Source: Candidatus Woesearchaeota archaeon (GTDB taxonomy: Archaea > Nanobdellota > Nanobdellia > Pacearchaeales > UBA284). Taken from it: a DNA stretch of 64,000 bases. Shown piece by piece: positions 37,651 to 47,993 of this stretch. The stretch lies in NCBI GenBank assembly GCA_964493265.1, contig CAZBLY010000001.1, positions 28,119 to 92,118 of the forward strand, written 5' to 3'. Below the pieces are notes generated by a model. The model had not been told where the DNA came from, made no database searches, and worked only from the letters and a program-made list of their open reading frames with translations. The position numbers and the translations under genes were made by a program. Position 1 is the stretch's first letter. Every line of letters starts with the position of its first letter.

Positions 37651-37980
37651 TCAGAATTCTTTTTCAATATTTTTAAGATAGCCTTTTTTTCTTAACCAAA
37701 GAACCCCGTTAGGCCTATATTTCCAAATAACATCTCCTTTTTCATCTCCCCCAAGTTCCCAAGGTTCAATAAGAATTACGTTGCCTTCTCTCAACCATAA
37801 TCTTCTTCTAAGGCGGCCAGGCACTCTACAAATACGACTTTTACCATCAAGACATTTTACAGACATACGATTTCCACCAAGTCTTCTTTCTAAAATTCCT
37901 AAAACTTCTCTACCTTTTGGAAGTCTAACTCTAAAAACCTCTCCTTCTTGTTTCTGCGGTTTTTTTCTAAATTTACCCAT
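37651..37980 (-). CDS. eif1a: Translation initiation factor aIF-1A
   Basis: RVRLP, LGGNRM.V.C.DG..R..RVPG, WLREG. Confidence 0.96.
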   Translation of the reverse strand: MGKFRKKPQKQEGEVFRVRLPKGREVLGILERRLGGNRMSVKCLDGKSRICRVPGRLRRRLWLREGNVILIEPWELGGDEKGDVIWKYRPNGVLWLRKKGYLKNIEKEF

Positions 37981-38022
37981 ATAAGAAAAAGATTATCGAC
38001 GTTTATAAATATTTTTAAAAAA

Positions 38023-38322
38023 TCAGATAAGAGACATAGCATGAGGAATATTTTGAATAATAATAACCCTGTCTTTATCTACAATTCCTGCTTGAATTGC
38101 TAACTTAATAGATTGCTTACCAACAAAATTAAAACAAGCGTCTTCTTGATTTTTTTCTTTAAGCAATTCAAGAACCTTGTCATTTTGCATTTCATCACCA
38201 CCATAAAATTCTTTATTTATTTCAATTTGCATTTTATTATCCTCAAATTTCTTTCCTAAAATATCAGAATCACAAACAGCAACAACTTCCCTGTAAATTT
38301 GATGAATTTTCACTAAAACCAT
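38023..38322 (-). CDS. DUF424 family protein
   Basis: VVAVCDSDILGK, FYGG, NFVG, IPHA. Confidence 0.88.
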   Translation of the reverse strand: MVLVKIHQIYREVVAVCDSDILGKKFEDNKMQIEINKEFYGGDEMQNDKVLELLKEKNQEDACFNFVGKQSIKLAIQAGIVDKDRVIIIQNIPHAMSLI

Positions 38323-38348
38323 TTTAACAATTAAGCAGCTAAGCAAAT

Positions 38349-38762
38349 TTAAACTAGCTTTGCCCTGACAGAATGTTTAGCACCGCAAGCAAGACAGTGA
38401 ATAAACATAAACTTGTCTTCCTTGATTAATTCAGTATCTGGCTTACCACATTCTGGACAAATAACAAATTCTTTAACATAAGATTTTATTTTTTCATTTA
38501 TCATGTCTGAACTTAATTTTCTATTCAAAATAAGACGATCACCTTCAATTAAAACTTGGGTAGCCAATTCTCTTGAAAGAAATTTAGACAGATGTGTTGG
38601 TTTTCTTCTTAATATTGAACAAATTTGAGAAAAATTTGTAATAATTGTTTTGTTTCCCTCAACATGGCCTTTAACTTCAGGAATTTCAAAACGCTTAGCT
38701 ACATCTACTTTTTTGACTTTCTTATATAATTCATCTAATAATTTATCATATTCCTCAACCAT
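38349..38762 (-). CDS. eif2b: Translation initiation factor aIF-2 beta
   Basis: RFEIP, TIITNF, ELAT, CPECGKPDT..CLACGA. Confidence 0.95.
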   Translation of the reverse strand: MVEEYDKLLDELYKKVKKVDVAKRFEIPEVKGHVEGNKTIITNFSQICSILRRKPTHLSKFLSRELATQVLIEGDRLILNRKLSSDMINEKIKSYVKEFVICPECGKPDTELIKEDKFMFIHCLACGAKHSVRAKLV

Positions 38763-38798
38763 ATATTGAATAGAGAAATTCTGTTTAAATATCTTTTC

Positions 38799-39158
38799 TT
38801 AATTATAAATATTTTTTAAAGTATTTTTAGCACCATATTTAAGATATGGGGTGATTTCTTCAGGGACTCTTTCAAAAGAATTCCAAAAAATAACCTGTTC
38901 TCCATTAATTTTAATTTCTCCAAGTTTTTCAAGTACGAATTTTATCTCTTTATTCCTATATTGTTTATATATCATTCTACCATAATAATACCATTCGTCT
39001 AAATTGTTTGGATAAGCTATAAAACAAATTTTTTGAAAATCAGCCACTATAAATTTTTTTGCTAATTCTTCTACTTCTGTAAATTGCTTTAATGTTTTTA
39101 ATGATGCTTTTTCCAAACCACCAATTTTTGCATTAGTATCTAAAACTAAACTGCCCAT
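38799..39158 (-). CDS. Hypothetical orphan protein
   Basis: 119-aa ORF with AGGTGAG SD-like leader. Confidence 0.65.
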   Translation of the reverse strand: MGSLVLDTNAKIGGLEKASLKTLKQFTEVEELAKKFIVADFQKICFIAYPNNLDEWYYYGRMIYKQYRNKEIKFVLEKLGEIKINGEQVIFWNSFERVPEEITPYLKYGAKNTLKNIYN

Positions 39159-39274
39159 TCCCTCTCACCTTTGTTTTTCTAAGAATTTAAGATATAAATA
39201 ATTTTGTTAATATTTTAGAGTGAAAACTTATTAAAACTTATTATTTATTTAATTTTTAATCATTTAATCATCAT

Positions 39275-41428
39275 TTAATCAATTCCCTTTCTTTGTCTAA
39301 TTTGTTTGATGACCTTGATTTGAAGATCTTTTGGAACTGGCGCGAAAAGTTGGTCTGTTATAAAAAAAGCTGCTCTTCCTTCTGTGGCACCTCTTAAATC
39401 ATTGCTTAAACCAAACATCTCATTAACAGGCATTTTTACTTTTGCACTTAAATGTTCTCCTTCTTGCTCCACATTAATAAGTTGGCCCCTCTTGCTTTGA
39501 ACTATTTTTGTAATTTCTCCCATAAATCTAAAAGGGGCTTCAATTTGAATATTTTGTAATGGTTCAAACATCACCGGCCTAGCATCTTGAATAGCTAGTC
39601 TAATTGCATCTCTTGTTGCTGGAATAACTTGTGCTGGCCCTCTATGAATGGCATCTTCATGAAGTTTACAATCCATTAATGAAACTTTTAATTTAATCTC
39701 TGGTTCATTAGCTAGAATTCCGGCATGAACTATCTGTTCAAAAGCAGTCATTGACATTTCTATAATTTCCCCTATATGAACTATTCCACGAGTTTTATCA
39801 CAAAAAACACAATCTCTATAGATTTCTTTATATTGTCTAGCTTCATCATAACTGATTCCAAGACTAACAAGTTTTTCAACTAATTGTTTATCTTTCTTTT
39901 TTATTTTGATGTCAGGAATTTCACCCTCTTTAATAGCTTTATAAACAGCATCTTCAATAGGTTCTACTTGTATAAAGAAAACATTATGTTTATTTGGACT
40001 TCTGCCTTCAAAAGTTCGGCTTGCTTTTGTAACAGTTTCTCTATAAACTACAATAGGCTCACTTGTTGTAATATCAACATTTTTTTCTGTTTTGATTCTA
40101 TTTGCAACAACCTCCAAATGAAGCTCACCCATTCCACTCAAAAGATGCTGGCCTGTTTCCTCATCTATCTCTACTGTTATTGTTGGATCTTCTTTTGCAA
40201 CATGTTTTAAAACAGAAATTAATTTTGGAAGATCAGATGGTTTTTTTGCCTCAATAGAACATGTAACAACAGGTTCAAACATATGTTTTAATGCTTCAAA
40301 AGGTTCCATTTCCTTAGTTGAAACTGTTTCTCCTGCAAAAACATTTGTCAAGCCAACCACCCCAATAATATTTCCGGCAGGAGCTTCCTCAATAATCATT
40401 CTCTGACCCCCTTTATAGACATTAATTTGCTGAACTCTAACAGATTTTTTAGCCATATTCATCCACAAATCTTCACCTTTTCTAATTGTTCCAGAAAAAA
40501 GCCTGCCACCGGCAACTTCGCCAGCATGTTTATCAATAATAATTTTAGTAGGAATAAAAATAACGGGCCCTTTAGAATCACATTCCATTAAAGACTTGCC
40601 TTCCTCACTCTGAATATCTCCATGCCAAATTTTTGGAATTCTATATTTCTGCGATTCCTTGGGATCGGGAAGATGTTTAACAATCATGTCCATAACTATT
40701 GTATATAAGGGAGCTTTCTTAGCCAGCTCATTAATTTGATTGTTTTCATAAGCATCAATAACATCCTTAAAACTAATTTTTGTTTTTTGCATATAAGGTA
40801 TTGACATTGCCCATCTATCTTTAGCAGACCCAAAAGTAACACTTCCATCTTTTACCCCAACTAACCAATCTTTACATTCTTTTGGAGCAATACTTGAAAT
40901 AAATTTATTAACAGAATCTATTGTTTTAATAAGTTTCTCTTGAATTTCTTTAGGCTCTAATTTTAATTCCTTTATCAATCTATCAACTTTATTTATAAAC
41001 AAAGTTGGTTTTACTCTCTCTTTAAGTGCTTGTCTAAGAACAGTTTCTGTTTGGGGCATCATCCCTTCTGCAGCATCAACAAGAACTACCGCGCCATCTG
41101 TTGCCCTCATAGCCCTAGTAACTTCTCCAGAAAAATCGACATGACCAGGGGTATCAACCAAATTAATAAGATAATCTTTTCCTCCAACATTATGAATCAT
41201 ATTAACATTAGCACTATCAATTGTAATTCCTCTAGATTTCTCATCAGCATGAAAATCCATAACCATTAACTTTCCAGCCAATTCCTCAGAAATCATTCCC
41301 GCTCCAGCCAGAAGTGAATCAGTCATTGTAGTTTTTCCATGATCAATATGGGCAGCTATACCGATATTTCTAATCTGTCTGGGCTTAAACATCAGTTCAG
41401 TAATTTTTTTTGTTTTATCCTCTGCCAT
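39275..41428 (-). CDS. fusA: Elongation factor 2
   Basis: AHIDHGKT, RGITI, DTPGHVDF, GMGELHLE, LHEDAIHRGPAQ (diphthamide His loop). Confidence 0.97.
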   Translation of the reverse strand: MAEDKTKKITELMFKPRQIRNIGIAAHIDHGKTTMTDSLLAGAGMISEELAGKLMVMDFHADEKSRGITIDSANVNMIHNVGGKDYLINLVDTPGHVDFSGEVTRAMRATDGAVVLVDAAEGMMPQTETVLRQALKERVKPTLFINKVDRLIKELKLEPKEIQEKLIKTIDSVNKFISSIAPKECKDWLVGVKDGSVTFGSAKDRWAMSIPYMQKTKISFKDVIDAYENNQINELAKKAPLYTIVMDMIVKHLPDPKESQKYRIPKIWHGDIQSEEGKSLMECDSKGPVIFIPTKIIIDKHAGEVAGGRLFSGTIRKGEDLWMNMAKKSVRVQQINVYKGGQRMIIEEAPAGNIIGVVGLTNVFAGETVSTKEMEPFEALKHMFEPVVTCSIEAKKPSDLPKLISVLKHVAKEDPTITVEIDEETGQHLLSGMGELHLEVVANRIKTEKNVDITTSEPIVVYRETVTKASRTFEGRSPNKHNVFFIQVEPIEDAVYKAIKEGEIPDIKIKKKDKQLVEKLVSLGISYDEARQYKEIYRDCVFCDKTRGIVHIGEIIEMSMTAFEQIVHAGILANEPEIKLKVSLMDCKLHEDAIHRGPAQVIPATRDAIRLAIQDARPVMFEPLQNIQIEAPFRFMGEITKIVQSKRGQLINVEQEGEHLSAKVKMPVNEMFGLSNDLRGATEGRAAFFITDQLFAPVPKDLQIKVIKQIRQRKGID

Positions 41429-41448
41429 TTTTATTTCAAAATTATAAT

Positions 41449-42033
41449 TTATCTTGCAGAATCAGCTTGTTTTTCTGTTTCTATTTTTTTTGTTATTGCA
41501 AAACTTTCATTAGTTCCTTGAGCAGCTAACATAATCTCTTGAGCAAGTGCTTCTGGAATTTTTTTCTTTTTTGCGAATGCTTTATCTTGAGCACCGTGAA
41601 CTATATTTCTTAAAGTTATATTTAACCTTCTTAATGGAGCAGAATCAACAGCTTGAGGATAACGAGCTCCACCATATTCTATTGTAGTAATTTCATCACG
41701 AGGGGCTGCTTTTTCTATTGCCCTAACAAGAACCTGAATAGGATTTTCTTTTGTTTTTTCTTCAATAATTTTAAAAGTTTCAATAATGACTTTAGTTCCT
41801 TTTGTATGTTTACCAGAAACCTTTGTCATAATTTTATGTTTCTTTCCACGATGTCCTGGAACTGCAAGAATGCCAATTAATCTTTCAATAATATTTATTT
41901 TTGATTTAGCAAATCTTTCGCGATGTCTTCCATGAGCTTTTACCATTAACTTAACATCTAAATTAATACATCTCTTTAAACCAAAATCTTCTATCTTTAC
42001 ATCTTCTGTATCATATAAATCAAAAATTTTCAT
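41449..42033 (-). CDS. rps7: 30S ribosomal protein S7
   Basis: NPIQVLVRAIE.AAPR, YGGARY..AVD, EKQADSAR. Confidence 0.96.
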   Translation of the reverse strand: MKIFDLYDTEDVKIEDFGLKRCINLDVKLMVKAHGRHRERFAKSKINIIERLIGILAVPGHRGKKHKIMTKVSGKHTKGTKVIIETFKIIEEKTKENPIQVLVRAIEKAAPRDEITTIEYGGARYPQAVDSAPLRRLNITLRNIVHGAQDKAFAKKKKIPEALAQEIMLAAQGTNESFAITKKIETEKQADSAR

Positions 42034-42034
42034 T

Positions 42035-42280
42035 TTAACTAAAAACTTCAATAAAATAATTTAAATTTCTTTTAGATGAAGAGTTATCCTCTTTAATATC
42101 TACCTTATATTCATTAGGTAATTTGGATTTCAAATAATCTTTTAATTTTTCAGCCCCTTCCGAAGATCCTGGAAAAATAACTACAGCATCTCCATTCTCT
42201 TTTGATTGTTCTACAACTAATTCCAATATTTTCTCATAAGATATTTCAACCAAGGCAACCAAAGCTCTATTTTTATTCAT
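42035..42280 (-). CDS. Hypothetical 81-aa orphan between rps12 and rps7
   Basis: Fills the gap with 1-bp spacing on both sides. Confidence 0.7.
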   Translation of the reverse strand: MNKNRALVALVEISYEKILELVVEQSKENGDAVVIFPGSSEGAEKLKDYLKSKLPNEYKVDIKEDNSSSKRNLNYFIEVFS

Positions 42281-42281
42281 T

Positions 42282-42704
42282 TTATCTTCTACCTTTCTCA
42301 ATTTTTCCCCTAACTAACATTGCTAAGGGTTGATCATTTACTTTAATAACAGTATATCTAACACCAGGAATATCACCTTTTGATCTGCCTTGTTTTCCTC
42401 CAATAGCTTCAATCATAACCTCGTCATGTTCATCAATAAATTTTGATGCCAGATTTCCAGGAACATAAGCTGTAACTCTTTTTTTGTTTTTGATAAGCTG
42501 AACTCTAACACATTTTCTCATAGCAGAATTTGGCTGTTTTGCTTCTTTCTGCACTTTCTCTAAAACAATTCCTTTTGCTTGGCTTGTTCCTTCAAGAGGA
42601 TCGGATTTTTCTTTTAATTTTAACATTCTTTTTTTATATTTCTGTTTAGCCCAACGAAACTTTTTATGTTTCTTCTTAATTTTCCTAGCACTAGCGATTC
42701 CCAT
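42282..42704 (-). CDS. rps12: 30S ribosomal protein S12
   Basis: [25 protein letters not shown]. Confidence 0.97.
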   Translation of the reverse strand: MGIASARKIKKKHKKFRWAKQKYKKRMLKLKEKSDPLEGTSQAKGIVLEKVQKEAKQPNSAMRKCVRVQLIKNKKRVTAYVPGNLASKFIDEHDEVMIEAIGGKQGRSKGDIPGVRYTVIKVNDQPLAMLVRGKIEKGRR

Positions 42705-42772
42705 TTTATTTTTTGCCTTCTATAAACTTAAGTTCTCTATATATTTATAAATGTTTCTTACTAAATTTAAAT

Positions 42773-43654
42773 ATGCAAATCAAAGATGTGATAAAGCCAT
42801 TTGGAAAAACAGATGTCCTTTTGTATTATAGCATTATAGCTTCTAAACTAAATAAATTTCTACAAGGTAAAAAGATAGCTACAAAAATATGGCTTCCAAC
42901 AGGTTTTTTTCTACGAAGAGGCTCACAAATGGAACCCCTATACATAGAAGAATTTAAAAATGTAACAAAAAATTTAATAAAATTGAGAGCAGAAATGCCA
43001 CTTCAAAAAGCTAGGGGAAAAATAACAAAACAACAAGAAAAATTATGGCTTTATTTCCCTCAAGACAAATTAATTGATTTTTTTTATGCAACTAATAATG
43101 AAGGAATAGATAAGCCGATAGAAAGAATTTATTTTGATATAGATAGAGGAAAAAATATAAAGGCAGAAGATGCGCAAAAAGTTACTTTAGAACTTCTTAA
43201 AATAATAAAAAAAGACAAAGAATTCAAGAAACTAATAAAATTTAAAACCATAATCCTTTGGACAGGAAAAAGCTTTCATTTATATCTTCTTTTAAAAAGA
43301 AAAATGCCAAGCAGTTTTTATAAAAAATATCTAAGCTATAGTAAAAATGTTCCTTTAGAAAGTTTTACAGGAAAATGGGCTGATCAAATTAATAAACAAA
43401 CAAAATTTAAAGTTGCAGGAGGTCATGAAAAAAAACCAAAGACAATTACTATAGATCCTAGCCAGACTCCAAGCGGTAAACTTGCAAGATGCCCTTTTGC
43501 TTTACATATGAAAAACCCAAAAGAAATTAATGGAATTTCAGTTCCACTCAACGAAAAGATGTTAAGAGATAAAAATTTAACAAAAAAACTCAAAACCCTT
43601 ACCCCGGATAAAGTTGTCAAAAATCTAAATAATTGGGCAAAAAATTTAAAATAA
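42773..43654 (+). CDS. AEP superfamily primase-polymerase (LigD PolDom-like)
   Basis: K.DVL.YY, YFDIDRG, WTGKSFHLY, IDPSQT...LARCPFALH. Confidence 0.72.
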   Translation: MQIKDVIKPFGKTDVLLYYSIIASKLNKFLQGKKIATKIWLPTGFFLRRGSQMEPLYIEEFKNVTKNLIKLRAEMPLQKARGKITKQQEKLWLYFPQDKLIDFFYATNNEGIDKPIERIYFDIDRGKNIKAEDAQKVTLELLKIIKKDKEFKKLIKFKTIILWTGKSFHLYLLLKRKMPSSFYKKYLSYSKNVPLESFTGKWADQINKQTKFKVAGGHEKKPKTITIDPSQTPSGKLARCPFALHMKNPKEINGISVPLNEKMLRDKNLTKKLKTLTPDKVVKNLNNWAKNLK

Positions 43655-43666
43655 AATGGTAATAAA

Positions 43667-44059
43667 ATGGTTATAAAATATGAAGAAGCTTCAGATATAA
43701 AAAGAAAAATTAATTTGTTAGTTGAAACACTTGGAATGAATTATCTAAATCAAAATAGAATTTTTTGTATTAGAAGCCATGGCTCTAAATCAAGAAGTGT
43801 TATTGCCAGATGCCACTCACTTCCAAAGATAATGCAACTTTCTCTTGAAACAGAGCCAGCCTATATAATTGAGGTAATAAGTGAAAATTTCGACATACAG
43901 AACGATAATGAAAAGATTAAAACATTGATTCATGAACTATTACACATTCCTAAAAGTTTTGGCGGGGGTTTTAGATATCATAATGTAATTACTAAAACAA
44001 AAATTGAGAGACTATTTAATAGATACAAAAATTCTATCGACGAGGATAGAAAGGTTTAA
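43667..44059 (+). CDS. Putative metallopeptidase
   Basis: RS.GS, ARC, YIIEV, IHELLHIP..FGGGFRYH (HExxH). Confidence 0.82.
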   Translation: MVIKYEEASDIKRKINLLVETLGMNYLNQNRIFCIRSHGSKSRSVIARCHSLPKIMQLSLETEPAYIIEVISENFDIQNDNEKIKTLIHELLHIPKSFGGGFRYHNVITKTKIERLFNRYKNSIDEDRKV

Positions 44060-44158
44060 ATATAAGTTCTACTTTAAAGATTTGTTAAATGGCTAAGGTA
44101 AAATATTAAACCTTAAAATTTAAATCAAAACTAAATAAGAAAAGGAGGTTAATAAAAA

Positions 44159-44320
44159 ATGGGAAAAGTTCTTGTAAAAAACGTAATTAAGAGAAAGAAA
44201 GGTTATCTTTACTATGTCGACGGAAAAGGCAATGTCTGTGAAGCAAAAATGGCTCGAGGCGGAAGAAAGAAAAAGAAAAAAGCCAAAAAGAAAGTAAAGA
44301 AAAGAAAAAAGAAAAGATAA
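44159..44320 (+). CDS. Small basic chromatin-type protein (Cc1-like core with Lys tail)
   Basis: MGKVLVKNVIKRKKGYLYYVDGKGNVCEAKMARGGRKKKK...; GGAGGT SD; below the ORF-track cutoff. Confidence 0.8.
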   Translation: MGKVLVKNVIKRKKGYLYYVDGKGNVCEAKMARGGRKKKKKAKKKVKKRKKKR

Positions 44321-44395
44321 GCCTAATTTTTAATTATTTTTTTTCTTTTTTATTTTTTAATTTATTGTTTATTATTTATTTTTTTAATTTATTGT

Positions 44396-44662
44396 TTACT
44401 TCTCTTCTTTAAACCCAAAAAGAAGCAATTTTATAATAAAAAAACCAAGTATTGTTCCAATTGGTATAAAAATCAAATAAGGATAAGGCGTGGTAAAAAT
44501 AAATTTTAGTTCCATAGGCCATTTATAAAAACTTTGATGAATGTCAAATAAAAAAATTATGACAAAAGAAATCAACGCAGGAATAAATAAAAATACAAAA
44601 TCAGCAATCAACTCTTCTTTTGTTATGATTCCTTTCCTTATCTTCTTCAGATGTTTCCTCAT
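44396..44662 (-). CDS. Small two-TM membrane protein
   Basis: Two hydrophobic helices flanking FDIHQSFY.WP. Confidence 0.7.
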   Translation of the reverse strand: MRKHLKKIRKGIITKEELIADFVFLFIPALISFVIIFLFDIHQSFYKWPMELKFIFTTPYPYLIFIPIGTILGFFIIKLLLFGFKEEK

Positions 44663-44737
44663 AAAATTAAATAGATAAGATATTATATAAATATTTCTTA
44701 TAACAAACTATAAAAGTTTCTTTCTTTTTTCTTTATT

Positions 44738-45727
44738 ATGAAAAAAGTGGTCTGTTTAGGAATTGAAAGTACTGCCCACACTTTTGGGATAGCCATAGTA
44801 AATAACAAAGGAAAAATTTTAGCTAATGTTAAGGATAGTTACACAACAACAAAAGGGGGCATAATTCCTCTTGAAGCTGGAAAACACCATAATAAAGTTA
44901 AAGGAAAAATCTTGAAACAAGCATTAACAGAATCTGGTTTAGAACTTAAAGACATAAATATAATAGCCTTCTCACAAGGACCTGGTTTGGCTCCTTGTCT
45001 TTTGCAAGGAAAAAACTTAGCAAAAAAATTAGCTAGACAATTAAAAAAACCCTTGATTGGCGTAAATCATTGCATAGCACATCTTGAAATAGGAAAACTG
45101 CTCACAAAAACAAAAAATCCTGTTCTATTATATGTTTCAGGAGCTAATACTCAAGTAATAAGTTATTCATCAGGAAAATATAGAATTTTTGGTGAAACTC
45201 TTGATATTGGTGCAGGAAATTTTATAGATACTTTCGCACGCCATTGTGGAATTGGTTTCCCAGGAGGTCCAAGAATAGCTGAACTTGCCAAAAAATCTAA
45301 TAAATTTATTGAATTGCCATACTCTGTCAAAGGAATGGATGTTGCATTTTCTGGCTTACTTACAAATCTAAAACAAAAATATGATAAAGGCTATAAAATT
45401 GAAGATCTAAGTTATTCATTACAAGAACATGCTTTTGCAATGTTAATTGAAACTGCTGAAAGGGCTATGGCTCATCTTAAGAAAAAAGAGCTTTTGTTAG
45501 GTGGGGGAGTTGCTTGTAATTCAAGACTTCAGGAAATGGCAAAAATAATGTGTAAAGAAAGAGATGCTAAATTTTTTTACCCACCTAATAATTTTCTTGT
45601 TGATAATGCAGCCATGATTGCGTGGACTGGAATTTTGATGTTTAAAGCTGGCCAAAAATTATCTATGAAAAAAGCCGACATCAAACCTTATGAAAGAACT
45701 GATGATGTTGAAATTAAGTGGATATAA
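44738..45727 (+). CDS. kae1: t6A tRNA modification protein Kae1
   Basis: GIESTAHT, VNHCIAHLE, YVSGANTQ, GETLDIG, DNAAMI. Confidence 0.96.
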   Translation: MKKVVCLGIESTAHTFGIAIVNNKGKILANVKDSYTTTKGGIIPLEAGKHHNKVKGKILKQALTESGLELKDINIIAFSQGPGLAPCLLQGKNLAKKLARQLKKPLIGVNHCIAHLEIGKLLTKTKNPVLLYVSGANTQVISYSSGKYRIFGETLDIGAGNFIDTFARHCGIGFPGGPRIAELAKKSNKFIELPYSVKGMDVAFSGLLTNLKQKYDKGYKIEDLSYSLQEHAFAMLIETAERAMAHLKKKELLLGGGVACNSRLQEMAKIMCKERDAKFFYPPNNFLVDNAAMIAWTGILMFKAGQKLSMKKADIKPYERTDDVEIKWI

Positions 45728-45810
45728 TGTTACTACCACTTTATCCTAACGCCTTTTATCGTCGGAAATGTTTCTTTTCTCAATTTAACTAAAAAAATGA
45801 TTTTTTATGT

Positions 45811-45860
45811 TGTACTATGCTGGTAGTAACATAATACCGAATAATAGAAAGGTTTATAAG
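45811..45860 (+). promoter_or_regulatory. Operator variant TGTACTA-N7-AGTAACA 21 bp upstream of TATA TTTATAAG
   Basis: Right half GTAGTAACA matches the 9339/28485 sites; extra half-site TGTTACTAC at 45728. Confidence 0.45.
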
Positions 45861-45921
45861 TAGCTATCACTTGAAAATAATAACAAATTAAATCAATTTT
45901 AAAATTAAATTATTTAAAAAA

Positions 45922-47322
45922 ATGAAACAAAACAAAATGAAAGGCAAACTTGGTTTGTTTTTTGTTTTAGCCTTTGTTAGTATTCTAGGATTGTTAGTTA
46001 GTGGTGCAGTAGCTACAGAATGGCAAGAACCAAGTCTACCAAAAATTGCACAAATGACTGTTTATGTCAATGGCAATGTTGCTTGGTATGGTTGGTGTGA
46101 ACCTGTAGAAGGCCCTATACCAGTTCCTCCAGTAAACGGAGAAATAGAAATTGAACAATTTGACGACTATACTTGTTATTCACATCAAGTTGCAATTCCA
46201 GCTCTTGAACGTGGAGAAGATATGTCTGTTAAAGTTTTGTTCACATCAAACTTTAATTTAGATGAAGTTAAGGTTAAAACCTGGTTAAATGGCTACAGAG
46301 AAGAGATTGAAGACCAATCAGCAGAGTTCGATGTCTTTAAAGGAAATCTTTACAGTAAGACTATGTTCTTGAACATGCCTGAAGATATTGATGCTAAAGA
46401 TCAATATACTTTACATGTAAAGATCATAGACCAAAATGAACTTAATGGCGTTGATGAAGCTAAAATAGATACAACTGTACAAAGAACATCTAACTTACTT
46501 GAGATATTATCTATTGATTTCTATGATCATGACAATTTCTATAAAGGAGTCTGTGGAGAATGTAGTGTTACATTTCAAACAGGTACAACTCTTTATTCAG
46601 ATATTGTTATAAAGAATAGAGGAAATCATGTGTTAGAAGATATCTATGTTAAGGTAAGTATTCCTGACCTTTGTATGGAAAGAGTAGTTTATCTTGGAGA
46701 TTTAGGAACACACGACAACAAATATCAAGATACAGAAAAAATAACCATGGCATTTCCTTTACCTGATAAGGAAGGAACCTATGAAATGGTTATAGAAGCT
46801 TACAATTCAAAAGTTAATACTAGGGAAACAAGGACTATCGTACTTGAACACAAAGTAGAAAGAGAGATTGAAGTTCTTCCACAAATTACAGAAGCTTTCG
46901 TAAATCAAGGTGAAACCGCACAATTTAGTATATTTGTGACAAATCTTGGTGAAAGTTATGAAACATTTGTAGTTGAAGTTTTAGGAGCTGATGGCTGGTC
47001 AACAGTCAAAATCAATCCCGCATCTTTCAGTCTAGGTAGTGGAGAAAGTAAGATAATCAACTTGAACTTAGATGTTAACGAAGATACAGAAGCTGGCAAA
47101 TATCCATTTACAGTTCGTGTTAACTACGGTAATGACGCTAAGCAGTTCAATTTTACTGCAAATATTGAAGAAGCAGGAATTTCAGCAGATTGGAAAGTGA
47201 TTTTAATGGTTATAGGTATTGTTCTTGCTATTGCAGTCATTGTTTTACTTGCTATAATGCTTGCAAAACAAAGATCAGCTAGTGAAGAAGAAAGACCTGA
47301 AACTGTTGAAAGTTACTACTAA
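45922..47322 (+). CDS. Cell-surface protein with signal peptide, Ig-like (CARDB-like) domains and C-terminal TM
   Basis: Acidic beta-rich repeats (IKNRGN, VTNLG, AGKYPFTV), C-terminal TM and ESYY tail. Confidence 0.8.
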   Translation: MKQNKMKGKLGLFFVLAFVSILGLLVSGAVATEWQEPSLPKIAQMTVYVNGNVAWYGWCEPVEGPIPVPPVNGEIEIEQFDDYTCYSHQVAIPALERGEDMSVKVLFTSNFNLDEVKVKTWLNGYREEIEDQSAEFDVFKGNLYSKTMFLNMPEDIDAKDQYTLHVKIIDQNELNGVDEAKIDTTVQRTSNLLEILSIDFYDHDNFYKGVCGECSVTFQTGTTLYSDIVIKNRGNHVLEDIYVKVSIPDLCMERVVYLGDLGTHDNKYQDTEKITMAFPLPDKEGTYEMVIEAYNSKVNTRETRTIVLEHKVEREIEVLPQITEAFVNQGETAQFSIFVTNLGESYETFVVEVLGADGWSTVKINPASFSLGSGESKIINLNLDVNEDTEAGKYPFTVRVNYGNDAKQFNFTANIEEAGISADWKVILMVIGIVLAIAVIVLLAIMLAKQRSASEEERPETVESYY

Positions 47323-47471
47323 TCACGAGAACCCTAAAGGCTAAACAAAACAACAAAGAAAAAAACAAATTTTAATTTATTTTTTTTAAACTTTTTTCTT
47401 TTTTTCTTTTTTTTATTATTTAATTAATAAAAAGATTTATATATTCCCATTATATAGTAATAACAGATAAA

Positions 47472-47993
47472 ATGGCATATTTTAAATATAATCCAGTTGC
47501 AGTAAAAAACTTAGCTACAAAAATCATTGGTTCAACAAAAAAAGAAGTTATTGAATGTATTAATTGTATAAATATTGATTATTTAAATCAAAAACAATTT
47601 AAAGAAATAATAGACATTCCTAATTTAGATAAAATTGAAAATATAAATAATGTTGAAATTAATTGTTATCCACCTATGTCTGCTTCCACCCATGTCATAA
47701 ATGCTAAAATATTAGATAATTTTGTATTTAATATAAATGCAGGCATTTATTATTATATGGCTGATCAATTTAAAAATCTTGAAAAAACTAAAAAAGGGCC
47801 TTTATATTTTTTACAAACAACCCATATAAATGGAGCTCTTATACCTAGAATTGCTGTTGAAGCCGTTAAAAAATATGATTGGAATCAACATAAAAATGAG
47901 GTAAAAAGAATGTTAGAACAACGCGAAAAAGTTTTACAAAAGATGAAAAAAAGAAAAATTTTAGTAAGAATAATAAATCCAAAATTAAATTAA
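47472..47993 (+). CDS. Hypothetical orphan protein
   Basis: 173-aa ORF with own TATA. Confidence 0.65.
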   Translation: MAYFKYNPVAVKNLATKIIGSTKKEVIECINCINIDYLNQKQFKEIIDIPNLDKIENINNVEINCYPPMSASTHVINAKILDNFVFNINAGIYYYMADQFKNLEKTKKGPLYFLQTTHINGALIPRIAVEAVKKYDWNQHKNEVKRMLEQREKVLQKMKKRKILVRIINPKLN

